The notes under the pieces are model-generated. The model ran no database searches, was not told the origin of the DNA, and was given only the letters and a program-made list of their open reading frames with translations. A stretch of 64,000 nucleotides of DNA from Schizosaccharomyces osmophilus (taxonomy: Eukaryota): NCBI RefSeq assembly GCF_027921745.1, contig NC_079238.1, forward strand, positions 4,464,001 through 4,528,000, read 5' to 3'. The stretch's first letter is position 1. Each line of letters opens with the position of its first letter. Shown in pieces: positions 10,838 to 22,727 of the stretch. The translations under genes were made by a program, and so were the position numbers.

Positions 10838-13800
10838 CTACATGCTGAGGTAAGTTTCTGTAAAGAGATCCGGCTTTTTATCCTCGACAAAATAGTCAAC
10901 CTTTGAGCTATACGACGTTGTATCCATAGGGGTCAACATATCGAAAAGATTTGCAGAAGTAGTAAATGCTTTGTTCAAAGTTGCAAAATTCTCAGTTGTT
11001 CCTTGAAGAACACTAGGGGGGTACGTCTGGGAAGCCCATAAAGAGGGTATAGAACGAGGACGAGTAATGAATGGATATAATTTACCCTGCTTGCTGCAGC
11101 ATTCAGGGCATGTATAAGTTGACAGAGTACTTACTATTTCCGAAGAGAGACCAACACAATCATAATGATACCATTCGGAACAAGTGTGACATTGTACCAT
11201 TCCATCTGAAATAGCAAAAGGTTGCTTACACAAACAAACAGCAGTAGAATCCTGATCATCAGTTATAGAAGTTGATGTGACCGGAGCTTCGGTATTATCA
11301 ATCAAATTAAAATCAGTAATTTTTGTGATATCAGGAGATATAGCATCTGGAGGATGTGTTAACTTTGGTTCATTAACGAGTGTGTCAGCTGTTGGCAAAG
11401 GTGCTGGACTCAAGACAGCTTCAGCTAAACTTTTCATAGCCCAAGGCGATAAGGTAGTGCTCAAGGTGTGAACATTTTGAAGCCTAGTTACGGAGTTGGT
11501 CTGATTGCGTATTTGAGTAGCTGCAATCGCAGCAGCACCCTCCGCAGAAGTTAGTTTTCCACTTTCAACTTGGTCCATAATTTCACGCTGACGCTTTGTG
11601 GGTCGTGGTTTTCTGTTAGAACGACTCTCACCAATAAATGGGGGAGGAAGAGGTGCAATTGGTAATAATTCATGCAATTTTTGTCGGAAAACATTTATTT
11701 CCTCTGTATACAATATTTCCACGCCCTCTAACTTCCTCAGGAAAAACCGAATTATGGGGATATCTTCAAAAGAAAGCCTTGAGGGATCCTGGATTGTGTT
11801 TTGTATGCGATCACGAAAGGTTACGGCTTCGTTAACGACCCGTTTGAGCAAATCCACTTCCGCGGGCCGAAAGGGAAGACTAGGAATATCAGAAACCATT
11901 TGCTGAAGTTCTATCAATGGAGGTCGATGGGAATGACGAGGTATTTCAACACGATAATCGCATACAGGACAGACGAACTTTTCATTAGCTCGAAGCTTTT
12001 TCTTTGACATTTTCATGCATTTGGCATGATACCATTCATGGCACACTTCGCATTCGATCATCATACCGGACTCAGGTAACCTACAAAAACAGTAATGGAA
12101 ATCCAGAGGATTATTTCCGGCCACGATGTAATACTCATTACCAACGTATAAATGAGCATCTGAACCTTCATCAATCATTGCGCTTGAGTCTTTCTGGTCC
12201 ACAAGTTCGAGATGTTGATTGAAAATTTCTAGAGGAGCATTTGCTTTACCAAACAACCGTTTACCCTTACGAACCCATTCAAGCGTTTTCGTAACAAGCT
12301 TTTGAACTATAAGAAATTCATCGGGTTTACTTGTAAGAGCTTCGGCTTCGCTCAAAACGTTCCGTGCCTCATCAACAGTAGGTCGTTTTTCGAATTCAGC
12401 ATTCTCAGAGCCTGCTATCAAAGAAACCAGCCGGTCATGAGATGAAACGGATTTGAACAAAACCTCGTTAAGACGATCACTCAGGATCTTATCCACACAC
12501 AATTGCTTCGCTTCGTTTTTTAATTCCACCAACTTTTGAGTTGGCGTGGCTTCTTGAATTAAAAATGTTTCAACCTGTTTATTCCATCGTTCAGATTTAT
12601 CTTTTATAAATGATGCTTGAGCCATTTCTTCACTGTCGGAAGGTATCCCAATTTCGTTTCCTCGATTGATTAAATCAACCAGTTCTTGTAAAGTGAAATC
12701 TTCTCTATTAACAACTTCTTTATAATTTTTTGTCCAAGTTGTAAAAGATAATTGCTTTTCAAAAGACTCTAATTCGGGTGTTTCCATTTGAAGCTCTTTT
12801 CCTTCATTAACCATATTTAAGCATATGTCGTAAGTGAGTTGCTGATTCATTAACGACTTTGCTTTACTTTGGTAAGACTTTAGTAGGTTTAGTTTTTCAT
12901 TTAGAAGTTCCAGTTCCTGAATTTCAAAAGGAAATTTACCTCCTTCTTCAACTAGCTCAACCAATATTTCTGATTCATTATATTTAAAGGTTGGAGATGA
13001 AATTCCTTCATCTAAAGGGCTTTCATTAACATTCCTTTTCATTTTTCTTTTGTCTTTTTTCACAGGAGCCTTTCTTTTGAGGATAACAGAAGCTTTTTCC
13101 AACCAGTTTTGACCCATATGAACAAACGACCGAAGTTCTTCAACTTCTTGTATAGGACAAGATAAAGTATCCGCTTCATTGTATAAAGCTTTAAGAACCT
13201 TTAAGCTAGGACGAGAATTGGAAAAAGCCTCACGATATTTTTCTAACCATGCTTCAGCTTTTTTGGCACGACCGACGACAGCATCATAAGCTTCAAGTAA
13301 AGCTTCATCGTTGTATCGGACGCTAATTGCTAAATCATTATTTTTCATATTCAAATTTTGGCCAGCGTGTAGTAAACAGAAAGTTTGAGCCGATTTATTA
13401 ATCCCGACAGCAGCCAAATAAGCAAATGTTTTACAATGACTACAAGCCATAACAGATGACTCTAACGGGATGGGAACCCAAGGAAGGGAAGCATATTTTT
13501 TTCGAAAATTGTTCCTCAACTTTAGCTCGGTGTCTATCCGTTCCTTAAAGCATGTCATAAGCCAATAAGCCGAATGGACTGTTTTATCCACAGTAGCATT
13601 TGCTAACAAAATGTGGTCATACGAAAATGGTGTAGGTATGCACAGTTCTTTATAAGCTTGGAATGATTGCTGAGCATATTTATCAGTAATCCATTCTTTA
13701 GCAGCAAAGGGGATAAATTCATGTATATTAAATCCATGGTCCAAGGATGTATAAATAGTATCAGGAAACGTAATTACAAATTCATTAGGATATTGCAAAA

Positions 13801-15499
13801 ATGTATTCACGTTAATTCCATTCGCCAGTATAACTTGAAGAGGAAGAAGAAATGAAGAGTTTTTGATTGTTTCTGGCTGATCCTTTAACGATAGAGGCAG
13901 GAGCTCGAATAACAGCTTCTCGTACTTTGCGGTCTCCTCAGCAGGTATAACATACCAGGTCTTTGGGGATCCAGAATGGTGGTAATGTAAACCAAATAGA
14001 GACATTGTATTTTTTTTCCATCCAGAACAGCTCATCATTTGTCCGAATTGTAATGTGGGAGTTAAAATTTCGGGAGGAGTGAACTTCAATGGAGACAATT
14101 TTGCGAACTGCAGGAAAGGAAGGTTCCAAGGATCATTGTAGTAAGGGCTTTGTCGGTTAGTTGGGAAAGCAGTTTTGTTTTTGCAAAAACCAATTAACGG
14201 CTGTTCAGATGTCTCAAATCTAGAAGAATTTAAGTAAAAAGAAGAAGACCAAAAGTACTGTTCTAGAGGAGATAAACGAGAAAGATAAGTATAATGAGAT
14301 TCGGGATTTAGTAAACCAAAAGGGAAGGACGAGGATGAGTCGTCATTAGTTTTAGAAGAACGAGTTTTTCGTTCAGGAGCTTTCGATTTTGATGAGGGGA
14401 TGCAATTGTTTAAATTATGAATACACAACGGTGAAAATTCGTCACGAAAAGAAGAAATGGAAGAAGAAAGAGAGGATTCCAATTGGTAGTTGGAGTCAAG
14501 GAATGAAGAAATGCAGTGATAATCAACATCTTTCCAGGAAAGCTTCAGATTATCGGGAATACAACGGTTACAAGTGAAGTAGTGGATATCGGCAAAGGGG
14601 GCAAAGGGAGCTTCTAAGCAGGAGTAATGATAACTCGATTGGCAAATATAGCAACTGACAAAGGAAGAGCCTTCTTGGTCACAGACCTTGCATTTTGGAC
14701 CTTGTAATTGTCGACGTGCACGTTTTACGGGACGAGTAATTGGTGAACTAGAAAATCCTGTACCATTAGTGACATTTTGGGAATCAGAAGACTCGTAGGT
14801 AGAATAAGCCGTTTCCAAGCTATTAACATCTAGCTTATAAAACTGGGCGGCTTGGGACCAAAACTCATACTTGGGCATATCGAGCTTTTTTGAAATTTGA
14901 AGCCATTGCTTTAATTGCAAAAGGTCAATTTGTTTCCCTAAAACGAAAATATATGAAAGAACAACCGAGTCAGATCGATCGGCAATCCGCTTTTCGTCAG
15001 ATAATGAAGCTGTGGGGGGCAATTCCTTGTCCTTGTCCTTGTCCTTGGAAAGGATGGTAGTCAGTACAGAACGAGTGGAAGGGCTATTGTCCTTGCATAT
15101 AAATTTCAGCGTTGTTGGGTCTATGGTGAAAGGGCATGACCAACCTGGAGGTGGCAAGATTTTCGAAGCACCCAAATGCTTTGTAGAAGTATAAAGCTCA
15201 CTTATGTAGGCGAGACCTAAAGCGAAGGATTCCTCTGACGGTTCCTGTGAAAATTGCAGGGTTCCATTGGTAAGTAAGTTTTTGCAAACGCTAGGTTTGG
15301 AAGGTAAAGAAATCGGTTTGGATTCAAAGGAAAGACCGTTTTTTTGCTCTTGACCGATGGATATAGGCTCCGTAGGAGCTGAATGAATGGAAGAAGTGCT
15401 GTTTTCTATGGCACTTTCCGTTATGTGCTCAAAATCCACAGAAGGAAATTGAAACAGATTTTGAGAGGTTGCGAAATTGTTCAGAGAACTTTTTCGCAT
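10838..15499 (-). CDS. msc1: KDM5/JARID-like multi-PHD protein with degenerate JmjC and PLU-1 domains
   Basis: Three PHD fingers (CKVC...HYSC, CFCR...CEVCHEWYH, CLCK...CHTCSEWYH) and a JmjC-like region (PKTWYVIP, QYPNEFVITFP); synteny. Confidence 0.92.
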   Translation of the reverse strand: MRKSSLNNFATSQNLFQFPSVDFEHITESAIENSTSSIHSAPTEPISIGQEQKNGLSFESKPISLPSKPSVCKNLLTNGTLQFSQEPSEESFALGLAYISELYTSTKHLGASKILPPPGWSCPFTIDPTTLKFICKDNSPSTRSVLTTILSKDKDKDKELPPTASLSDEKRIADRSDSVVLSYIFVLGKQIDLLQLKQWLQISKKLDMPKYEFWSQAAQFYKLDVNSLETAYSTYESSDSQNVTNGTGFSSSPITRPVKRARRQLQGPKCKVCDQEGSSFVSCYICQSSYHYSCLEAPFAPFADIHYFTCNRCIPDNLKLSWKDVDYHCISSFLDSNYQLESSLSSSISSFRDEFSPLCIHNLNNCIPSSKSKAPERKTRSSKTNDDSSSSFPFGLLNPESHYTYLSRLSPLEQYFWSSSFYLNSSRFETSEQPLIGFCKNKTAFPTNRQSPYYNDPWNLPFLQFAKLSPLKFTPPEILTPTLQFGQMMSCSGWKKNTMSLFGLHYHHSGSPKTWYVIPAEETAKYEKLLFELLPLSLKDQPETIKNSSFLLPLQVILANGINVNTFLQYPNEFVITFPDTIYTSLDHGFNIHEFIPFAAKEWITDKYAQQSFQAYKELCIPTPFSYDHILLANATVDKTVHSAYWLMTCFKERIDTELKLRNNFRKKYASLPWVPIPLESSVMACSHCKTFAYLAAVGINKSAQTFCLLHAGQNLNMKNNDLAISVRYNDEALLEAYDAVVGRAKKAEAWLEKYREAFSNSRPSLKVLKALYNEADTLSCPIQEVEELRSFVHMGQNWLEKASVILKRKAPVKKDKRKMKRNVNESPLDEGISSPTFKYNESEILVELVEEGGKFPFEIQELELLNEKLNLLKSYQSKAKSLMNQQLTYDICLNMVNEGKELQMETPELESFEKQLSFTTWTKNYKEVVNREDFTLQELVDLINRGNEIGIPSDSEEMAQASFIKDKSERWNKQVETFLIQEATPTQKLVELKNEAKQLCVDKILSDRLNEVLFKSVSSHDRLVSLIAGSENAEFEKRPTVDEARNVLSEAEALTSKPDEFLIVQKLVTKTLEWVRKGKRLFGKANAPLEIFNQHLELVDQKDSSAMIDEGSDAHLYVGNEYYIVAGNNPLDFHYCFCRLPESGMMIECEVCHEWYHAKCMKMSKKKLRANEKFVCPVCDYRVEIPRHSHRPPLIELQQMVSDIPSLPFRPAEVDLLKRVVNEAVTFRDRIQNTIQDPSRLSFEDIPIIRFFLRKLEGVEILYTEEINVFRQKLHELLPIAPLPPPFIGESRSNRKPRPTKRQREIMDQVESGKLTSAEGAAAIAATQIRNQTNSVTRLQNVHTLSTTLSPWAMKSLAEAVLSPAPLPTADTLVNEPKLTHPPDAISPDITKITDFNLIDNTEAPVTSTSITDDQDSTAVCLCKQPFAISDGMVQCHTCSEWYHYDCVGLSSEIVSTLSTYTCPECCSKQGKLYPFITRPRSIPSLWASQTYPPSVLQGTTENFATLNKAFTTSANLFDMLTPMDTTSYSSKVDYFVEDKKPDLFTETYLSM

Positions 15500-15765
15500 T
15501 GTTTACCAGTGGGAGACACAGCGTAAAACGACAGTATCCTTGGTAACTCAAAAATTTGCAGTGAAGGATTCGAACCCCGTGGTGGTGAAGAAAAATTTTT
15601 AGTGGGGGAAGGCAAGAAGAAGAGAATGGAGAAATAGACTCAAGCGAAGTTTCAAGAACCGAATTTCGAGAGTAAAAATGTAAACAAAAGATGGAGAGAA
15701 TAAATCAACATAAATAAATGAAGAAAAAAGGTGAATAGGTTGATTCTAGGGAATGTGTAAGCAAA

Positions 15766-15769
<4 letters not shown>

Positions 15770-15799
<30 letters not shown>
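15770..15799. repeat. Poly(T) tract of about 30 nt in the msc1 upstream region
   Basis: Uninterrupted T run seen directly. Confidence 0.9.
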
Positions 15800-15806
<7 letters not shown>

Positions 15807-17460
15807 GAAAACCTATATATGTTGATTATCTCTTTTGGGAAGAAAATGGAGTAATCAAGACAGTTTTGTGTTTTATGATTGTGTTCTACTCAACAGAATT
15901 AAAAATGAATGAAAAGAATAAAAAAAAAAGAATAGAATAAAGAGATATGCAATTAGGAACGCGGTATTACAAAAAAAGAAGCGGGTTCAAAAGTTCATGA
16001 AAAGACGACTGGTCTGTTTACTTTGCTCTACTTGACGCTGCAGCCGATTCTTTTCAAGGTTATAATGAAGAAAACTGAAAAAATTGGATTCATTGATTTA
16101 TTATCAATTATTCATCTTTGGAGAAGTGATTTTCCAGATATTTCACTTGCTACACCTAAGAATTACGCGCATGGAACATGTATGATGAAAAGAAGAACGA
16201 ATGCATTTTTGGCATCATAAACCGCAAAGAATGGCGTCTTTTTTTTTTCTTTCTATTTTTGTTTCATTGAATTAAATTGTATTCTATTGAATTAAATTGA
16301 ATTGTATTTTTATTTCTTTCTTTCTTTACTTTCTTCTTGCTCCATAGTATGATTTACGAAATTTTCATGGTTTGCTTATTGTGATATCACAATGTCTCGT
16401 CTCGTACTTTGTGAGTACATTTGGAAAACCATCAAGGTTGTCAATCCTTTGGTTCGTACGAAACTGTTTTGTTGGGCAATCTAATTTTGGACTTTCTGAC
16501 TAATTTAGAGCAGAAATATAGCGATCGAGACCAAAAATGGATTGGCTCATGTTTACGAACCGACATTCCTATAGTTCTAAAAAGCTGAATTACAAATCCA
16601 ACCTGAAATACGAGTTTGAAACCCAAGTGGTTTCATTTGCATTTTTCCGCTCGTTCAATCTCTTTATTTACCCAAAATGACTAAATTCATTTTATTTTCT
16701 TTTTCAATTCCATGTACCTTTCTTGCTGGATTCTTTCTACGTATATCTAGATCAATGGCATGCTTTTATTCCTTCTTTTTGTTTGTTTGTATACATGTAG
16801 ATCCTTTCCCCTTTGAATTAACATTCCTCCATCGATCATCCTGATCTCGCATCCATAGGGGGGGAAATGCACTACCGATTATCTCCAAAGCTTCTCCCGT
16901 ATACGGTTACGCGGTGAAAAGTACAACGTCACCTACGTATGTTGATATCATATTAAGTAAAGGCAATGAAAAAATTATTTCACACACAAGTTTTCAAGGG
17001 ATCCAATGCATGTACGAAGGAATGATGAAAAATTCTGTATAATCTATTTCTAATCCATTGGGTTCTAAATGTACAATCTCATAAATGAGGAGATGTGTAT
17101 CTTGTATTGACATACAATGACCTAATCTGAATGAATTGTATTCGTTTGCGAAACTATTTTCAAAGACTCACCACTACGATACACCTAGTAATCTTCATAA
17201 TTTCCATCCTTCACGTCATGCAGATGTTATTTCAAAAAGCCGATTTCTAAGCATTCTTCTGTTCTAGCTGCCTAGGTCATCCGACGTCGATCAGACTATT
17301 CCTATTTCTGTCGATAAGAATTTCGAGAAACGAGAAGTAAGAAGTAAAGGGAATACGTAGGAATCGCAATCTTATGATGGAAAAACCGACGTCAAAATGC
17401 CGACAGAATCTTTCTCACAAACAAGTGCATTGTGTGACATTTGCCTTCCTGCTATTATAG

Positions 17461-17468
17461 TATAAATA
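17461..17468 (+). promoter_or_regulatory. TATA box (TATAAATA) of rds1
   Basis: Canonical TATAAATA about 220 nt upstream of the rds1 ATG, preceded by ACGTCA/GACGTC CRE-like cores. Confidence 0.55.
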
Positions 17469-17678
17469 CCCTATTGCATCGTCGAGACATGTAACTTGGC
17501 TTGTTGTGTTAAGTCTTGTATAAGCTGATCTTTTGAACTAGCAAACAAGTAAATAAAAGTTTCAAGCGAATTTTTTTATTTTTTTTTTAAATCATCGGTT
17601 TTCTATTCGATTTGATCGAACTTTCTTTCAATTGATAGTTTCCTATACTTATCAATTTCCTTTTAGAAACTTTATAAA

Positions 17679-18890
17679 ATGGGATTTTCATTCACTGCAT
17701 CACTTTTAGCTGGTGCTGCTTTGGCCAAGGGTGTGCTTTCTGCTCAAGCTATCCCTACCGAGTTCTCCGGTGTCGGTGGAGTTGCCGCTAATTTGACTTA
17801 CAATGCTACAGGCGATTTCAATACTAGTACGCAGCCTGCAGCATATACTCCTGCTGGTGGTATTGTTCCTTTGGAGCCTAGTCCAACTTATGCTCCTTTG
17901 AGTGACTTTGACTATCAATCTCTCTCTTTAGCTTTGTACCACGAGTACTTTGAATATGATCTCTTCAACTATGGTCTTACCAGATTCTCTGATGAAGAAT
18001 TTGATGCTGCCGGCATTAACGCCGAATACCGTCACTTGATCCGCTTTATGGCCCAACAAGAGCTTGGCCACATCGAGCTTATTTCTAACATGCTTGGCCC
18101 TGATGCTCCCAAGGCTTGCCAATACAAGTATGACTTCGACAGCGTAGGTGGTTTCTTGGACTTTGCTCAGAAGCAAACCCAATGGACCGAATCTGGTGTC
18201 TATGGCTTCCTTGAGCACCTCGACTCCCGGGCTGCTGCTAACCTTTTGCTTCAATCTATCACCACTGAAGCTCGTCAAGAAATGAGTCTTCGCCAGTTGC
18301 AAGGCCTCTTCCCTTATCCCGTCTGGTTTGAAACTGGTCTTCCCCAATCCTTTGCTTGGACTTTGGTGTCTCCTTACATTGTTAGCTGCCCTGCTGAAAA
18401 CCACAAGGTCGTCTGGCAAAACTTCCCTGGCTTGCACGTTGTCAGCCCTCCTACTGCCACCAACTTCACTAACGGATCTTACCCTCAATATCCTAATGGC
18501 ACTTACATGTACCCTGCTGCTGTCTCTACCAACCGTACTCTCCCATTGTCTTTGCCTGGACAAATCGTCGAATTCAGCTGGGAGGCTCCCGGACAACCAA
18601 TTGGTCCCAACACCTCTTACATTACTAATACTACCGCTAAGGGTCAACCTCAATTTGCTGCTTGGATCAGCCAATTGAACATTACTTACACTCCCTTGAA
18701 CCTTACCGGCAACAACAGTGGTGCTACTTATCAACCAAGCGTTCACCTCTACAACGACTCTACCCAGCAAGTCATTAACGGTTCAAGCTTTGTTGTCTTA
18801 ACCGATGTCGCTTTGCCTCTCACTCCTTTCAATCTTTCTGCCATTAACGAACACATTGTTGCTGGCCCTGCTGTTTATGCCTCTGGTTAA
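17679..18890 (+). CDS. rds1: Stress-regulated secreted ferritin-like protein Rds1
   Basis: Signal peptide MGFSFTASLLAGAALAKG, DFDYQSLSLALYHEYFE, QELGH and ITTEARQ ferritin-like helices; strong codon bias; synteny. Confidence 0.9.
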   Translation: MGFSFTASLLAGAALAKGVLSAQAIPTEFSGVGGVAANLTYNATGDFNTSTQPAAYTPAGGIVPLEPSPTYAPLSDFDYQSLSLALYHEYFEYDLFNYGLTRFSDEEFDAAGINAEYRHLIRFMAQQELGHIELISNMLGPDAPKACQYKYDFDSVGGFLDFAQKQTQWTESGVYGFLEHLDSRAAANLLLQSITTEARQEMSLRQLQGLFPYPVWFETGLPQSFAWTLVSPYIVSCPAENHKVVWQNFPGLHVVSPPTATNFTNGSYPQYPNGTYMYPAAVSTNRTLPLSLPGQIVEFSWEAPGQPIGPNTSYITNTTAKGQPQFAAWISQLNITYTPLNLTGNNSGATYQPSVHLYNDSTQQVINGSSFVVLTDVALPLTPFNLSAINEHIVAGPAVYASG

Positions 18891-19306
18891 ACTTCCGAGG
18901 AGTATCTGTGACAAATTTAAACAATCCTTGAAAGATACGATATTCTTTTTTGTTTTCCTATTTAATATTAAGTTACGTTGACGTTTACTTAAGCTTACGA
19001 AAAATCTTTTTGTTTACGAGTAATCTCGTCTTTGAAAACTTGTTGTTTTCTCTTGTTTTTCTTCAATTCCTTATCTATCAAATTTATTTTTTTTGAATCA
19101 ATAAAATTTTATGTTTTGAATATCTGACCTTCTTTTTTTCATGTAGCAGTTTTATAATAGAGCTTTCGAAAACAAAGCGTATTCATGCTTTTTGAAGACA
19201 ATAGTACGTGTTATATTTGAGCTCTCAAATACTATTAGTTGTGATGATACCCAGTTCAACATGTTAGTCTATACAACATTTTCGTTGCTTTACTCGTAAC
19301 GACCCC

Positions 19307-21172
19307 ATGGTGAGTACTCTCATACTGTAGCCATATTCTGGAATTCCGTATTTCATATTTGATTTTCCTTTCGTAGGTAATTCCGCATACACCAATTTCG
19401 TTGCTCTATTCAAACCTGTACAACATGTACAAACCGAAATGGCTCGCATCGGTTGGATTTGAAATCCATTTGCAGCTTGCGACCAGAAAAAAACTCTTCA
19501 GCGGTGCAAAAATAGGTGTTTTCGAAGCACCAAACACATCTGTTGCTCCTTTTGACGTCTCGCTTCCTGGATCTATGCCGGTACGAACACTGCGTTGAAT
19601 GTAGCCACCATAACGCATCAGGAAATGAACTGTCCACTGGAATTGCCGAACCAAATTTCTAACGCCTTCTTATGTAGATTCTAAATCGGGAAGCTCTAAA
19701 TCTTGCTGTTCGAGGTGTCTTGGCACTGAATTGCAAGGTTGCACCAGTTTGCCAATTTGACAGAAAGCATTACTTTTACCCAGACTTACCGGCTGGCTAT
19801 CAGATTACTCAACAAGATGTTCCATTGGGAAAGGACGGATTTGTAAAGCTTTCGAAGCATTTGGACGATGTTGATGATACCCTGGTACCAATTCAACACG
19901 TACAACTGGAGCAAGTATGAGACTTCCAATCTTCTCTTAATTTAACTAACAACTTTCCTTATATAGGATACCGCAAAATCTATCCATGCAGATAGTGTTT
20001 CCAAAATATTGTTAGATTTCAATCGTGCAGGGTCACCATTACTTGAAGTGGTTACGGCCCCTTGCTTACATGATGAGGTTACTGCCAGTTCATTTTTACG
20101 GAAAATTCAATCAATTATGCGCCATGCTCGTGTTTCTGATGCCAAAATGGAAACGGGCGGAATGCGATGCGATGTAAATGTCTCTATTGCACCAATTATT
20201 CCATCTTCCAGCGAGTCTTCAAAGGCATCAAAAGTTGGACTAGAGCTTCCCAGAACAGAGTTAAAGAATTTGTCATCTGTTCGAAATGTCGTGAATGCAA
20301 TACGTTATGAAGTACAGCGTCAGATTTCCCTCGCAGAAAAGAATGAAACCTGGACTACAGAAACAAGGGGTTTTGATGATAAAAATGGAAAAACGTTCGC
20401 ATTACGCGACAAAAGTATTTCAGAGGACTATCTGTACATGCCAGAAACAGATATTCCTCCTGTTACGATATCCAAGGTATGAATTTCTCTAAAAAAAATA
20501 AAAAATATGCCATGCTACATGCTAATACATTACTAGAAATATGTGAACGAAATAAGCGATGCAACGGGGCCTCTTCCTGATGATCTTTTTGTTATGCTCA
20601 CATCTGAACCTTACTCTATGCCCATACGAGATGCACGTATTCTGTTAAACTTACCTTATGGATATGATTACTATAGTACCGTTAGAGATATTATCAGCCG
20701 TCAAGATGGGCAATCTAAAAAAGTCATCGACGAGTCCTTACGTGCTTTACCAACATGGATTATTACTGATCTCGTAGGAAAGCTTCATGAACACGAAATA
20801 GAAGAAGACCTTTTCTACGTCCCTCCTAGTCAGTTTGCCGATATTGTTTGTTTCTGCTCTGCCAGAAAAGTTTCTCGTCTGACCGCAAAAGCACTCATCA
20901 ACCATTTGGTCGTGACGCCTTCTGATCAATCTATTGCTAACCTTATTAAAGAGCTTAAGCTAAATTTTATTCAAGATTCCAACACTTTAGATGTACAGGT
21001 CGGGAAAATTTTGGAAGCATCTCCCAAGCAAGTTCAGGAATTTTTGACTGGAAAACAATCTCTGCTTAAATATTTTATTGGGCAAGTAATGCGACAATTA
21101 CGAGGCCGTGGTGATCCTGTTGAAATAGAAAAGTTGCTCAAACAGCGTCTGAGTGAAACTTTGAAAAAGTAA
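19307..21172 (+). CDS. pet112: Mitochondrial Glu-tRNA(Gln) amidotransferase subunit B (GatB/Pet112), multi-exon; 5' end uncertain
   Basis: [58 protein letters not shown] and FIGQVMR motifs. Internal introns start near 19581, 19915 and 20477. The start is either an ATG-only exon at 19307 or the ATG at 19425. Confidence 0.88.
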
Positions 21173-21376
21173 CGTTTGTACAATCCAATTTCATCAATTA
21201 CTTTTGTTTTTTGATATTTATTTTTATAAGATGATAACACCTTTTTTTGTCATGAATCTGCTAATAGTTGAAAGAAGGTTTGTTGACTAGCGGTCAGTTT
21301 TTTGAACAAAATAAATTTTAATAGATTCCCTTTTATATTACACTCGACCTAAATGAACAAACCAAAAAATTGTTTT

Positions 21377-22727
21377 TTAAAGAATAGTGTCGTTTGCGTC
21401 GTAAGTATCGTTCATAATACGGTACAGATACGAAGGAGGATATCCACCCCTAGAAGTGTTAGCAATGGTTTCCGCTTTTCATACGATAAATCAATAAATC
21501 CACTTACAAATTTGTGATAAAAAGATCGACAAGATCTGGTGGGATGTAATCATAATATGGGTTCAAGATTTCAGCATCGCTGATTAAATCGCCTTTTCTG
21601 AATGAAATGATATTTCCCGGAGAAGCAAGTTGGATAATAGACTCAAGGTCATAAGGATAAACGGGACTCAATTTGTATATACCGGAGCAAACCACGACAG
21701 GAGTAGCATGGTGTCTAGCAGCTTGAGCGACGAGATGAGCACCACTATAAGTCACCAATCCACCATTACCGAGAATTGCATGTGTGCCTAAAATAACTTT
21801 GTTCACCCGCGACATAATGGCGAATATCGCAGCATCTGAAATGACCGTTGTATCAATTCCAGCATTCGCAAGACGCTTTGCCATTGCATGAGCTCCATCT
21901 TGCATATTGGGAAACCCTTCTGCCACGATGACGGAAAACTTTCTTTTCTTTGCAGCAAACCGCAAGAATGCTTCAACGGTTTTGGAGCATCCCTGAGTTA
22001 AAATGATTTCACTAAAAGCAACAGTTAGACAAACAGAATAATATATATCACAACATACTTGGAATGCAAATGATCCATAGACTGAATTTCAATGTCGGTG
22101 TTAATTTTGTCTAGTTCATCAATAATCTCCTGAATCCCAGCTATAAGCACTGCACGCATATCCATCCCGCCAGTGACTCTGCTATCACCGAGATTTTTAT
22201 CTTGTGGGTAAGCTTCAGGAACTGGTCTTCCTAATAGGTTAAGCATTGAGGAGTACATCTGAAAAGAAATTGGTTCGTTTCGTTCTGCTAGCTGGTCATT
22301 CGACAAACCACTACTTGGAGTAGTAACCGATGAAGAAGTAGATGAACCATTTGCTCTTTCTTTATTGATGTGCTCTTCTTCAACTGTATTTAGCAAATCC
22401 TGGTATTCTTCACGGATCATTCGCAAAATTCTACGAACGATGTTTCCACAAGAAAATTCTATGGTCGCGAATTAGTTTTCTGCTTCCAACAAATACCATG
22501 CACATACCACTAGGTTGGGCTTTCACAAGAGAAGATCCTACTGCTCGAATTGCTTCCAAAAGTTGATCTACGGTAGACCATCGTGTTTGAGAAATGACTT
22601 GTCGCATTACAAGAGCCGTTTCAACAGCCACTGGAAAAGGCTTATGAACCTTTCTCGACTTAAGCCTTGCAATTAAATTGCTGACTGCTGGATACGTATG
22701 TTCTATATCTTTCGCAGTCATTTCCAT
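21377..22727 (-). CDS. tif222: Translation initiation factor eIF2B beta subunit (3 introns)
   Basis: AVETALVMRQVIS, AQP|EFSCGN, DAAIFAIMSRVNKVILG, NPYYDYIPPDLVDLFITN|GGYPPSYLYR; ATG at 22727 or 22721. Confidence 0.92.

Noticed and set aside
17928..18770. 280-aa antisense ORF
   Set aside because: It lies wholly opposite the strongly codon-biased rds1 gene and has no recognisable motifs; a shadow ORF.
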